A DNA stretch of 24,000 bases, taken from NCBI GenBank assembly GCA_038400315.1, contig CP151667.1:1041174-1065173 (forward strand). Reading direction: 5' to 3'. A program made the position numbers and the translations under genes. This DNA is from Isosphaeraceae bacterium EP7. GTDB lineage: Bacteria > Planctomycetota > Planctomycetia > Isosphaerales > Isosphaeraceae. Below are positions 15,618-23,972 of this stretch, in pieces. The stretch's first letter is position 1; every line of letters begins with the position of its first letter. The notes under the pieces are model-generated. The model was given only the letters and a program-made list of their open reading frames with translations. It did not search any database and was not told the origin of the DNA.

Positions 15618-17168
15618 ATGAACCCGCCCGGCCCCGCTCCCGTCGCCCCCGGCAAGCCCATCCACCGGCCCAGGCTGCCCGAGTTCCTTGACCTCGCAGG
15701 CCAGGCCCGCTGCATTCCCGTCTATCGCCAGCTCAGCAGCGACTCGCTCACGCCCGTCTCGGCCTTCCGCAAGATCGAGCGCGGCGACCAGTCGTTCCTG
15801 TTCGAGAGCGTCGTCGGCGGCGAGAAGGTCGGCCGCTTCAGCTTCCTGGGCACCGACCCCTTCCTTAAATTCGAAGCCCGAGGCCCCGAAGTCGTCATCC
15901 GCCACCTCCGCCCCCACGCTGAGGAAATTCGGACTACCAGCGACGACCCCTTCCGCGAGCTGCAAGCCCTCCTCGACCGCTACAAGGCCGCCCCCATCCA
16001 CGCCCTCCCGCGCTTCTCCGGCGGTGCCGTCGGCTATGCCGCGTACGACTCGGTCCGCTACACCGAGAGACTCCCCGACGCACCGCCCGACGACCGCAAT
16101 CTGCCCGATCTCGCCTTCGCCTTCTATGACGCGATGGTCATCTTCGACCACATCCGCAAGACCATCCTCGTCGTCGCCCACGCCTTCCTCGACGACCACA
16201 CCGACCCCGCCGCCGCCTACGACGATGCCGCCTGCCGCGTTGACGCCCTCGTCGACCGCCTCTCCGCTCCGGGCTCCGAGCTGCCGCCGGTCGACCTCGA
16301 CACCGACGCCCCGTCCACGCTTCAGTACCAGTCGAACATGACCCGCGACCAGTTCGAGTCGGCCGTCCGCCACTGCCAGGAATACATCAAGGCCGGCGAC
16401 ATCTTTCAGGTCGTCCCCAGCCAGCGGCTCAAGGTCGAGACCACCGCGCAGCCGTTCGACATCTACCGCGTCCTGCGCGTGGTGAACCCCAGCCCGTTCA
16501 TGTTCTACCTGACCTTCGGCGAGACCCGCCTCATCGGCAGCTCCCCCGAGATCCTCGTCCGCGTCGAGGACGGAGAAGTCACCATCCGACCCCTCGCCGG
16601 CACCCGCAAGCGAGGCGCCGACGACGCCGAGGACCGGGCCCTCGCCGAGGAACTCCTGGCCGATCCCAAGGAACGCGCCGAGCACATCATGCTCGTCGAC
16701 CTCGGCCGCAACGACGTCGGCCGCGTCGCCGAGTTGTCCACCGTCCGGATCAGCGAGATCATGGCCGTCGAGCGTTACTCGCACGTCATGCACATCTCCT
16801 CAACCGTCATCGGCCGCCTGGCCGCCGGTAAGACCGCCTTCGATGCCCTCCGAGCCGGCCTCCCCGCCGGGACCGTCTCCGGGGCCCCCAAGGTCCGCGC
16901 CATGCAGGTCATCGACGAGGTCGAGCCCCACCGCCGGGGCCCCTACGGCGGGGCCGTCGGCTACATCGACTTCACCGGCAACATGGACACCTGCATCGCC
17001 CTGCGGACCATGGTCCTCCAGGGACAGACCGCCTACATCCAGGCCGGCTGCGGAGTCGTCTACGACAGCATCCCCGCCGACGAATACGAGGAGACCCTCA
17101 ACAAAGCCCGAGGCCTCCTGAAAGCCATCGAGATCGCCCAGGACCAACTCTCCCCACCGCCCGCCTGA
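15618..17168 (+). CDS. trpE: Anthranilate synthase component I
   Basis: ATG 15618 is preceded by 'gggaagga'. Supporting blocks are 'LTPVSAFRKI', 'GSSPEILVRV', 'AGTRKRG', 'EHIMLVDLGRNDVGRV', 'GAPKVRAMQVIDEVE' and 'RGPYGGAVGY'. Confidence 0.93.
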   Translation: MNPPGPAPVAPGKPIHRPRLPEFLDLAGQARCIPVYRQLSSDSLTPVSAFRKIERGDQSFLFESVVGGEKVGRFSFLGTDPFLKFEARGPEVVIRHLRPHAEEIRTTSDDPFRELQALLDRYKAAPIHALPRFSGGAVGYAAYDSVRYTERLPDAPPDDRNLPDLAFAFYDAMVIFDHIRKTILVVAHAFLDDHTDPAAAYDDAACRVDALVDRLSAPGSELPPVDLDTDAPSTLQYQSNMTRDQFESAVRHCQEYIKAGDIFQVVPSQRLKVETTAQPFDIYRVLRVVNPSPFMFYLTFGETRLIGSSPEILVRVEDGEVTIRPLAGTRKRGADDAEDRALAEELLADPKERAEHIMLVDLGRNDVGRVAELSTVRISEIMAVERYSHVMHISSTVIGRLAAGKTAFDALRAGLPAGTVSGAPKVRAMQVIDEVEPHRRGPYGGAVGYIDFTGNMDTCIALRTMVLQGQTAYIQAGCGVVYDSIPADEYEETLNKARGLLKAIEIAQDQLSPPPA

Positions 17169-17182
17169 CCCCTCTCGGGTGC

Positions 17183-17207
17183 CATGCTCTCGCGAAGCGT
17201 GAGCATG
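17183..17207 (+). terminator. Hairpin just after the trpE stop (11-bp stem with one mismatch, GAA loop)
   Basis: The sequence is catgctctcgc-gaa-gcgtgagcatg. It is followed by an A-rich tract rather than a T-rich one, so intrinsic-terminator function is uncertain. Confidence 0.3.
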
Positions 17208-17421
17208 AAAACACAAAGCCCCGCCGATGCATTCCTGGGCCCGGTCCCCGCACCATGCCCGAAGCTCATTGCAGCCGCTCCCAGAAGCAGGCCCAACGTA
17301 GCCGCGCGGAAAAGCCCAGGGGCTGTTGAATCGAAATAAACTTGCTTGAAAGTTGTCCCGCGGCCATGCTGAGTTTCGATGGCTTGTCGGCGTACAGACT
17401 CCTGCAAATCAGAGCACGCCT

Positions 17422-17637
17422 ATGTCACTCACTGCGGTTTTCATCGAAGTTCCAGAGGGCTACGTCGCGTTCGTCGAGGAATTGCCCGGCGCAAACACTC
17501 AAGGTGCGACCCTGGATGAGGCTCGCGAGAACCTCCATGAGGCCGTGGCCCTGATCCTGGAAGCCAATCGACAATTGGCGGAGCAATCGATTGAGGGGTG
17601 TCGGGTGACACGCGAGCCGTTCGTTTTGCCGGCATGA
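17422..17637 (+). CDS. hicB: HicB-family antitoxin
   Basis: 'MSLTAVFIEVPEGYVAFVEELPGANTQGATLDEARENLHEAVALILE' matches the short HicB pattern. The stop overlaps the hicA start (ATGA). Confidence 0.85.
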   Translation: MSLTAVFIEVPEGYVAFVEELPGANTQGATLDEARENLHEAVALILEANRQLAEQSIEGCRVTREPFVLPA

Positions 17638-17819
17638 AACGCCGCGACCTCGTCCGTCACCTGGAAGCGAATGGTTGCTTACTCCTTCGAGAGGGCGGCC
17701 GCCATACCGTGTTTGTCAACCCGGCCATCCCTGTCACGTCGACGGTCCCGCGACATAACGAGATTCATGAGTTTTTGGCCCGCAAGATCTGCCGCGATCT
17801 GCGTGTTCCCGAGCCCTGA
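17634..17819 (+). CDS. hicA: HicA mRNA-interferase toxin
   Basis: 'MKRRDLVRHLEANGCLLLREGGRHTVFVNP...STVPRHNEI' is the typical HicA length and pattern. Confidence 0.88.
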   Translation: MKRRDLVRHLEANGCLLLREGGRHTVFVNPAIPVTSTVPRHNEIHEFLARKICRDLRVPEP

Positions 17820-17843
17820 TCGCCGGCCACTTTTCCTGAGAGA

Positions 17844-18095
17844 TCAATGGGAAGGCGAGGGACGATTTCCGTCGCTCTGACCATGGCGTCCTTCATCGGG
17901 AACCTTCTCAGCTTGAAGATCTCCTGAAAATCGTTGTAGGATCCCCATCAGCCACTCGATTGGAATGGAGAAGTCGGAGCCCGCGTAGATTCGAAGCTGA
18001 AGTTGCCCCGACTTGTCCTGAATGATCCTCGCTCGGAAGTTTCCATTCTCCTCCAATTCAACATGCAGTTGATGATCTCGCATCGGGTCAGTCAT
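17844..18095 (-). CDS. Hypothetical protein (orphan, lower GC)
   Basis: Lies within ORF 17844..18152, whose listed start is TTG. The internal ATG 18095 gives MTDPMRD. A sampled line is about 50% GC. I recognise no motif. An 'aaggagg' lies 27 nt upstream of the ATG, which is too far for a canonical SD. Confidence 0.4.
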   Translation of the reverse strand: MTDPMRDHQLHVELEENGNFRARIIQDKSGQLQLRIYAGSDFSIPIEWLMGILQRFSGDLQAEKVPDEGRHGQSDGNRPSPSH

Positions 18096-18212
18096 GATCT
18101 CCGCTGTCCAATTGATAGTAAACCTCCTTTTGTTTTGGCATGGTCCGTTCAAGTCAAATTAAGGCCGTCGCGGATCATGCCGCGATCGACTGGCCATTTC
18201 AAGGGGCGCCGG

Positions 18213-18413
18213 GCCTCGAAATAACGATCAACCACGATCACCAGTTGCTCGCCTTAACGCTTCCAGTGGCGGGCTGAGGGATCGTCGTCCAGGCCTGTGA
18301 TGCGGTTGACATTGTGCTCGCGGACGGCGGCGTCGGTGCCAAGCCGGCTTTCGTCGAGGGTTTCGGCGTTGCGGAAGGTCTCGGCGGTGGTCCCCTCGGT
18401 GTACCAGGTATGC
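18213..18413 (-). pseudogene. Decayed 3' fragment of an M14 carboxypeptidase gene (paralogous to 22747-22956)
   Basis: The fragment reads 'HTWYTEGTTAETFRNAETLDESRLGTDAAVREHNVNRITGLDDDPSARHWKR*GEQLVIVVDRYFEA'. The intact gene reads 'HTWFTEGTTAETFRNAGTLGEGWLARYGIDAAVHEFNVNRIAGLDDYPSARHWKLYGEQLAVVFDRYFEA'. The fragment has an in-frame TAA, a 3-codon deletion, and no upstream peptidase domain. Confidence 0.75.
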
Positions 18414-18585
18414 GGGCCGTACTCGATGTCGCTCGATTCGCCCGCCCTGACGGGATTCCAGGCCCACCCTTCCTTGGCTGCGATGAGGGGCCCCATGCCG
18501 TAGGGCGCCGCCCCACGTTCGAAACGCAATCGGCCCACTCACAATAGAGCGGGCCGATGCGTGGTTGAAGCGAAGCTGATCCGCC

Positions 18586-19584
18586 TCAGTAAGAGTCTGA
18601 GCTGATGACCTCGCCGCCGGCGATCGAGCCGATCCCTCGCCAGACCGGCATACTGATTGAATTCTTGACAAACTGGACGTGGCCGTCGGCGAAGGCCGCG
18701 TTCACGCCGCCGGCGTGCTGGCTGCGGGCCCCCAACACGGTGTTCTTGGCCAGCGATTGGATGATGCAGGGGGGAGCGCCCCCCAGATTGGCCGGGTTGC
18801 AGTAATTCGACCAGAGGACATCGGGGAGGCGGCTATTGGGCGACAGGTTGGTCTCGAAGGCCGCCGCGTAGCCCCAGTGCACGAACCCTCGCAGGTCGCC
18901 AGGCTGCTTTCCCTGGATGATCTCCGAGATGACCATCGTGTTGCTCGTGCCATCGGTGATCGATGCGAAGGTCACGGTGCCGGACTGCGAGACCGTGTAC
19001 CCCTTGGGGCCTCCGTTGACGGCCGTGGCCGGCCACATATCCGTGAACGGGGCCTTCTGGAACGACACCAGGTCGTCGCCGGTCCCGATCGTGGGAAGCT
19101 GATACATCGTCGTGTTGCCGAAGTTCGCGGCGTAATTGAACGAAGGAATCCCGGACAGGGGTTTGTTCGGCTGGTCGCTGGGGCAGAGATAGACGTTAAA
19201 CAGTGTCTGCGAGATCGTGGTATTGGCGGCGCCGCTGTAGCGCAGGACCGTCGCGTTCGAGCCGCCGGCCGCCCCCGCGGTCGAGTTATCCCCGGCGAAA
19301 TTCCAGCCGTTGAAGGCCGCGGTCTGTTCCATGGCCGGGAGCACGAAGACGACCCAGGTGCCCCAGCAGCATCCCTTGATGCCGGCCGGCAGGCTGCCTT
19401 TGGTCGACTCGTAATTGGCCAACCCCAGGCCGATCTGCTTCAGGTTGTTGGTGCACTGCATCCGCCGGGCGGCCTCGCGGGCCGATTGCACGGCCGGCAG
19501 GAGCAAGGCGATCAGGACCGCGATGATGCTGATGACCACCAGCAGTTCGATGAGGGTGAAACCCCTGCGTTGAGCGTTGCGCAT
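18586..19584 (-). CDS. DUF1559 (H-X9-DG) protein with an N-terminal prepilin-type cleavage/methylation domain
   Basis: Has '[53 protein letters not shown]' and '[14 protein letters not shown]' (H-X9-DG). ATG 19584 is preferred over TTG 19602. Confidence 0.9.
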   Translation of the reverse strand: MRNAQRRGFTLIELLVVISIIAVLIALLLPAVQSAREAARRMQCTNNLKQIGLGLANYESTKGSLPAGIKGCCWGTWVVFVLPAMEQTAAFNGWNFAGDNSTAGAAGGSNATVLRYSGAANTTISQTLFNVYLCPSDQPNKPLSGIPSFNYAANFGNTTMYQLPTIGTGDDLVSFQKAPFTDMWPATAVNGGPKGYTVSQSGTVTFASITDGTSNTMVISEIIQGKQPGDLRGFVHWGYAAAFETNLSPNSRLPDVLWSNYCNPANLGGAPPCIIQSLAKNTVLGARSQHAGGVNAAFADGHVQFVKNSISMPVWRGIGSIAGGEVISSDSY

Positions 19585-19626
19585 CGGAATCCTATGAATC
19601 AAGGAAGGATCAAGCCGGGCGAGCGA

Positions 19627-20091
19627 TTAGCGTCCGCGAAGGCGGGGGGATCGGGCTTTGCTCAGGCCGAAGTCGAATCTGTTGGCATGGCCCGAAGCGA
19701 TGGTCGCGCCAAGGGCCGAGATCGGCGTGTAGACCGTCCCCGTCGCGAGCCCGGCCTGCCTGGGTGTCGGCTCGCCGGGGGCCTGATCGACCTGCCCGGC
19801 CGGCTCGACGGCCTCCTCCGGGGTGATCGAGACGCCATAGTCGCCCGCGGCCGGGCCGTCGGATGCGGGGATCGAGTAGGCCCCGGCGACGATCTGGCCC
19901 CAGGCCGCACCCCTCGAATCCCCACCCCTCGGGATGAACTGAATCGTGCCCCGAGCCATCGGCTTGCCGTCGAGCGTCACCATGCCGGAAACCGCCTCGC
20001 GGGCCAGGCCGTCCCCTGCCGAGCAACCGCCGCCGGCCAGCAGCGCGAGGGCCACGAATCGGGCCACCGGCCGCGTCTCAAGTCTAAACAT
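19627..20091 (-). CDS. Small lipoprotein, carboxypeptidase-regulatory-like partner of DUF1559 genes
   Basis: Has a lipobox 'LLAGGGCS' and 'GMVTLDGKPMARGTIQFIP'. It lies immediately upstream of the DUF1559 gene on the same strand. The start is ATG 20091. Confidence 0.7.
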   Translation of the reverse strand: MFRLETRPVARFVALALLAGGGCSAGDGLAREAVSGMVTLDGKPMARGTIQFIPRGGDSRGAAWGQIVAGAYSIPASDGPAAGDYGVSITPEEAVEPAGQVDQAPGEPTPRQAGLATGTVYTPISALGATIASGHANRFDFGLSKARSPRLRGR

Positions 20092-20318
20092 CAACAAGAT
20101 CCATCGTTCTTACTTCTTCCGAGGCGCGTTCGGGATTGTCGCTCGGTTGAAACCGTCGCCCGATGCTGCAGCACGCCCCGGGCATTCATCACTCGTTCCC
20201 AACGAGAGTAGCCGGCTTCCGTGAATGTTTAATGAATGAATTAAGAGATTCCAGGAATCGCGTAAAATGTTCAATCATCAAGGGTTGCCGCGACGAGCGA
20301 GACGGAGCCTCCTTTGAC

Positions 20319-20425
20319 GTCGTCTACGACAGCATCCCCGCCGATGAATCCGAAGAGACCCTCAACAGGTCCCGAAGCCTCCTGAATGCCTCCGAGATCG
20401 TCCAGGGCCAGGTCAGCCCGCTGGG
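20319..20425 (+). pseudogene. Decayed duplicate of the trpE 3' end
   Basis: 'VVYDSIPADESEETLNRSRSLLNASEIVQGQVSP' corresponds to TrpE 'VVYDSIPADEYEETLNKARGLLKAIEIAQDQLSP' (17055-17165). By-eye DNA identity is roughly 80-85%, in the same orientation. There is no upstream TrpE sequence. Confidence 0.78.
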
Positions 20426-20632
20426 CGTTTATGTCGACTCCGGTTGCATGCCAACCATCCTTTCAGGGACGTTGTCGATGCGATTGGGCCGATCGAACTG
20501 ATACCCAACGGGCCGGAACCGGGGCGCACGCTTTTGATCGTGGTCTCCATGTTCTTGCTGTGTCCGTGGCCCAGGCCGCCGCGTTCACGCCATCCTCGCG
20601 GAGCAGATGCCGCCTTCTGCGGCAACGCCCGA

Positions 20633-21262
20633 TCAGGCCCCGACGACGGGGGTCGGCACCGGCCCCGAGTAGTTCGCCATGAACGTGGGTACGGAAACCC
20701 CGGCCGACGGCAATGACGCCCAGCTTCTCATCCCGGGGCGGGTCTGGACCATGTAGGCCCAGTGGCCGATCTGGGTTCCGGACGATGTCGTCGTGAACAT
20801 CTGGTTCTCCATCGTCCACTGGCCGCGTTGCCGATTCATGGTCCCGTACCCCTGGACAACGCCGGTCGACGACGTGAACGCGAGCAAGACCCGCCCCTGG
20901 GGCGTCACCGACCCGAGCAATGCCGAACTTGTCGGATTGCCTTGTCCCAGTTGCGTGACCGTCTTCCCCCAGAAGTAGCCGTTGCGATAGCCGCTGATGT
21001 GATAAACGGTCTGGTCGCGCACCGGGACGATGGCACCGGAGTCCGAGTTGTAGATAATCGCGGAGAGGTTCGGCTTCGGCACGATCCAGTAGGTATTCGC
21101 CAGCCAAGCCCACCTCTCCGCAGAGGCCGCCGCTCCCTGGCGCAAGGCGGAAACTTCTGTGGCCCGGTGCAAGACGGCCGGGGAAGCCGCCATGAGCATC
21201 CGTCCCTCGAGAAGCTCGAGCCCGAATCCACGATTTCTCCGTGAGCGAAGTTCATCTGCCAT
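20633..21262 (-). CDS. Hypothetical secreted protein (planctomycete 'LExLExR' N-terminal motif)
   Basis: Lies within ORF 20633..21319. ATG 21262 gives 'MADELRSRRNRGFGLELLEGRMLMAASP'. The remainder is rich in short alternating beta-strand-like segments. The family is not recognised. Confidence 0.6.
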   Translation of the reverse strand: MADELRSRRNRGFGLELLEGRMLMAASPAVLHRATEVSALRQGAAASAERWAWLANTYWIVPKPNLSAIIYNSDSGAIVPVRDQTVYHISGYRNGYFWGKTVTQLGQGNPTSSALLGSVTPQGRVLLAFTSSTGVVQGYGTMNRQRGQWTMENQMFTTTSSGTQIGHWAYMVQTRPGMRSWASLPSAGVSVPTFMANYSGPVPTPVVGA

Positions 21263-21521
21263 GGTCGTAGCCCACGAGTGGTTCGATCCGAGGCCCGTTA
21301 TCATTTGTGGGCCATCCATGGCAATCTAGGACATGGGGAGAATCGGCGGCGAACGTAAAGTTGTAATGCAGATATGGATTGCTGGACTTGCCCAGGTGAG
21401 CCGTACGGGGACGCTACGCAGGCCCCTGAGACGACGAGCGCGATTCGAGGTGCGAGCTTGCAAGGACGACCTCGTGCCCTTTGAATGGCCATCTCGGCCA
21501 GGGTGGCCGATCAATTCCTAC

Positions 21522-22229
21522 TTACACGAGATGCCGACGCGGCGGAGACGTCAGCCAGTCTTTTAACCTCGATAGCGCTCGTTCGACCTTTGCTAGCTCC
21601 CCTGCCTGCAATTTTCCGTGAATCTCGTGGCAGGAGGCTTGGAGCGCGAAATAGGTCTTCAGGGCCGCCGGGTGGACATCCGACGCCTCGTCCTCGATGG
21701 CATAGGCGATCGCCAGTTCCTCGTCCGTGAGCCCACGCCATAGCTCCTCGCTTCGGTCGTACAGTTCGGCCATACGCAGGAGTTGCTCCCGTGCCGGATG
21801 CGAGGCCCCGGCCTTCAGTCGGTCGACGTTTTCCTGTCGGCGACCGGAGCAGATCGCCTCCACGGCCGCACCGTCGTCCGACGCGTAGGGATAGAGCGTC
21901 GTGCCGAAACGATCGAGGAACCAGGCCGGAAGGTTGGGCGGCTCACCACCGTCGCGGTCGAATGGCAACGCCGGGTCGGCACGCCATAAGTAATCCAGAT
22001 GACCGAACCGTTCGCGATACAGGTCAGTGCAGTTCTCGCCGGCGCCCAGCCTCGGATGTCGCAGGGGGTATCGTGTCCCGGCGTCCTGGGCGAGAAACAC
22101 GACGAATTGCCCGCCCGTCAGAGGCAGATGCTTGTACCAGCTATGGGCGGCGCAGATGTGCCTCGCGAACCCGGCATATTGTGCCGCCGATGGCTGGGGG
22201 AGCGAGGACATCATTTCGTGGAGGGCCAT
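21522..22229 (-). CDS. Hypothetical protein
   Basis: A 235-aa ORF with an ATG start, GC-rich third positions, and non-repetitive composition (for example 'HSWYKHLPLTGGQFVVF'). I recognise no motif. The start codon lies 2 nt from the putative IS end. Confidence 0.55.
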   Translation of the reverse strand: MALHEMMSSLPQPSAAQYAGFARHICAAHSWYKHLPLTGGQFVVFLAQDAGTRYPLRHPRLGAGENCTDLYRERFGHLDYLWRADPALPFDRDGGEPPNLPAWFLDRFGTTLYPYASDDGAAVEAICSGRRQENVDRLKAGASHPAREQLLRMAELYDRSEELWRGLTDEELAIAYAIEDEASDVHPAALKTYFALQASCHEIHGKLQAGELAKVERALSRLKDWLTSPPRRHLV

Positions 22230-22230
22230 G

Positions 22231-22746
22231 TGTTAGCGACCCATGCGTTATCACTGACCGATTGGTGGAATCTGGCCAGTTCCGGGATGAGGCACCAGGA
22301 GAGAGCACTTTGGACTGCCCATGACTTGAGCCCGGAAACAGTCCATCAGGAACTCCGACACGTTCCGGCCCTGCTGACGGCACGTCACCGCCACGCTCCG
22401 CACCCGCTCGACGAACCTGCTGGCCCACTCGCTCGCCATCCCCTGCTCGACTTCCGCCATGACACGGCGAGACGATGTGCCCGCGCGGCCACATGTTCGT
22501 CGGCTTGGTTCCCGGCAACCTGAAGAAGGTCCACAGGTGCCCCTCGTTCTCCGGCAACATCCTGCACGTCGCCGCCGTCTCCTCGCTGACGTTCGCCGCG
22601 CCCCGGTCCAACGCCTGCCGGACGCCCCACCGGATCGGACCAGAGAGGTTGATTCTACGGGCGTACTGCACAGAAAGCTCGAGCCCGTGAACGGCTAGGT
22701 CCTGAGAACTCAAGGTGAGATACGGGTCGCCCCGTTCAACTCAATG
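22231..22746 (-). mobile_element. 5'-truncated, frameshifted IS66-family transposase remnant (C-terminal ~150 codons plus one element end)
   Basis: Three reading frames together spell the conserved IS66 TnpC C-terminus. These are 'HLWTFFRLPGTKPTN', then 'EHVAARAHRLAVSWRKSS', then 'SEWASRFVERVRSVAVTCRQQGRNVSEFLMDCF'. The stop is at 22251. 'GTTAGCGACCC' at 22232 resembles the GTAA-type terminal repeat. No N-terminal part is present. Confidence 0.62.
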
Positions 22747-23972
22747 GCCTCGAAGTAGCGGTCGAAGACGACCGCGAGCTGCTCGCCATAGAGCTTCCAG
22801 TGGCGGGCTGAGGGGTAGTCGTCGAGGCCGGCGATGCGGTTGACGTTGAATTCGTGGACGGCGGCGTCGATGCCGTAGCGGGCGAGCCAGCCTTCGCCCA
22901 GGGTCCCAGCGTTGCGGAAAGTCTCGGCGGTGGTCCCTTCGGTGAACCAGGTGTGCTTGCGCAATAAAGATTCGAAGGTCTTCATGCGGGCGAGAGAGCG
23001 ATCGAGGTCGGGGATGGGGGGGCGGCTGAGGTGGAGCTGGCCGTTGCCGTCGTTGTGCAGCTCGAGGGCCAGGTGCGGGCGTTTGCCTTGCTCGATCATC
23101 GACTCCAGCCAGCGCTCGAGGGCGTGGTTCTCGGGCGAGAGCGCGGGGTCGGCGGGGCGGTCCCAATTGCGGTTGAGGTCCTTGCCTCGCAGGTTGAAGC
23201 GGGTCCGGCCGCGGGCCACTCCGTCCTTGTTGGCCATCGGCATCAGATAGACGCAATAGTGGTCGAGGAACCGTCTCGACTCGGCGTCGTCCTTCAAGAG
23301 CCGGTCGACCAGGCCCTGCGCCACCCAGTTGGTCCCCGCCTCCCAGGGATGGGCCCTGGCCCGAAGGAAGACGCGCCTGGGGGCGTCGTCGCGGCCAATT
23401 CTGACGATCTCCAGCCCTCGCCCTTCGACCGTCTTGCCGATCTGCGTCACCTGGACGAGCGGGTTGCCCGCGATCGTCCCCAGCCATTTGTCGAGGTCGG
23501 ACAGGCGATAGGGCTCGACGCGGGCTACGTCCAGCCGCGGACCCGGCATCGTCACGGTCAGGCGCACCCGGGCGTCGTCGACCCGTTCCAGCGGGACCGG
23601 CTTCCAGTTCAGGCCGTCCTCGGAGACGACCACCAGCTTCAACTCGCCGGCGACCGACGCCCGCCGGCCGTTCCAGACATTCTCCAGATTCCTGAACTCG
23701 AACGTCAGCTTGGACCCCGTCGCCGCCTCGACCCGGAAGTGGAGATGCCCCGCGGCCCGATTCGGAGAATCCCGCTCGTGGTCATACAGCAGTTGGACCA
23801 AGATTGTGCCGTCGGGGGCCGACTCATACCAGAGCGGCGACGCATTCTCGAACCCCGTGTCGATGAACGCCAGCCCAGCACCCGGCCGGTCCGGCGCGGG
23901 CGGGGCCTGCGCCGCCGCATTAAGGGCCGACCAGCCGAGCGACGCGGCGAGCGCGAGGCATCGAATACGCAT
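22710..23972 (-). CDS. Secreted M14-family zinc carboxypeptidase
   Basis: The signal peptide is 'MRIRCLALAASLGWSALNAAAQA'. 'RARAHPWEAG' is the HxxE zinc motif, and 'LELHND' is a second-His context. The ORF is 420 aa. The last ~12 codons are encoded past the homology breakpoint with the IS remnant. Confidence 0.86.
   Translation of the reverse strand: MRIRCLALAASLGWSALNAAAQAPPAPDRPGAGLAFIDTGFENASPLWYESAPDGTILVQLLYDHERDSPNRAAGHLHFRVEAATGSKLTFEFRNLENVWNGRRASVAGELKLVVVSEDGLNWKPVPLERVDDARVRLTVTMPGPRLDVARVEPYRLSDLDKWLGTIAGNPLVQVTQIGKTVEGRGLEIVRIGRDDAPRRVFLRARAHPWEAGTNWVAQGLVDRLLKDDAESRRFLDHYCVYLMPMANKDGVARGRTRFNLRGKDLNRNWDRPADPALSPENHALERWLESMIEQGKRPHLALELHNDGNGQLHLSRPPIPDLDRSLARMKTFESLLRKHTWFTEGTTAETFRNAGTLGEGWLARYGIDAAVHEFNVNRIAGLDDYPSARHWKLYGEQLAVVFDRYFEAIELNGATRISP

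Noticed and set aside
15594-16793. 399-aa ORF antisense to trpE, plus other shadow ORFs at 41..937, 738..1760, 2675..3730, 4822..5817 and 23031..23978
   Set aside because: All of them overlap confidently identified genes on the other strand or frame. Their translations are Arg/Pro/Gly/Ala-rich and carry no motifs.
17326-17375. Sigma70-like promoter upstream of hicB (TTGAAT/TTGCTT/TTGAAA candidates)
   Set aside because: None of the -35 candidates has a convincing -10 hexamer at 16-18 nt spacing.
18414-18538. Upstream part of ORF 18254..18538 as additional M14 homology
   Set aside because: 'GPLIAAKEGWAWNPVRAGESSDIEYGP' does not align with the intact M14 protein. The frame most likely stays open only because of the high GC.
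20220-20290. AT-rich patch with 'aatgaatgaat' as a repeat or att site
   Set aside because: It is only a 2.5-unit tetranucleotide reiteration with no partner copy elsewhere in the window. It is probably just a promoter or spacer for the lipoprotein-DUF1559 operon.
20163-20501. 112-aa plus-strand ORF as a real gene
   Set aside because: Its only recognisable part is the decayed trpE 3' fragment. The remainder is AT-rich spacer. It is better explained as a pseudogene remnant.
21280-21289. GGTTCGATCC, a tRNA T-loop-like motif
   Set aside because: The flanking bases cannot form a T-stem or an acceptor stem on either strand. I could not build a tRNA cloverleaf by eye anywhere in the window.
22141-22713. 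190-aa minus-strand ORF as an intact gene
   Set aside because: It is one of three frames that together spell a frameshifted IS66 transposase C-terminus, and its 3' part overlaps the 21522..22229 ORF. It is treated as part of the IS remnant.
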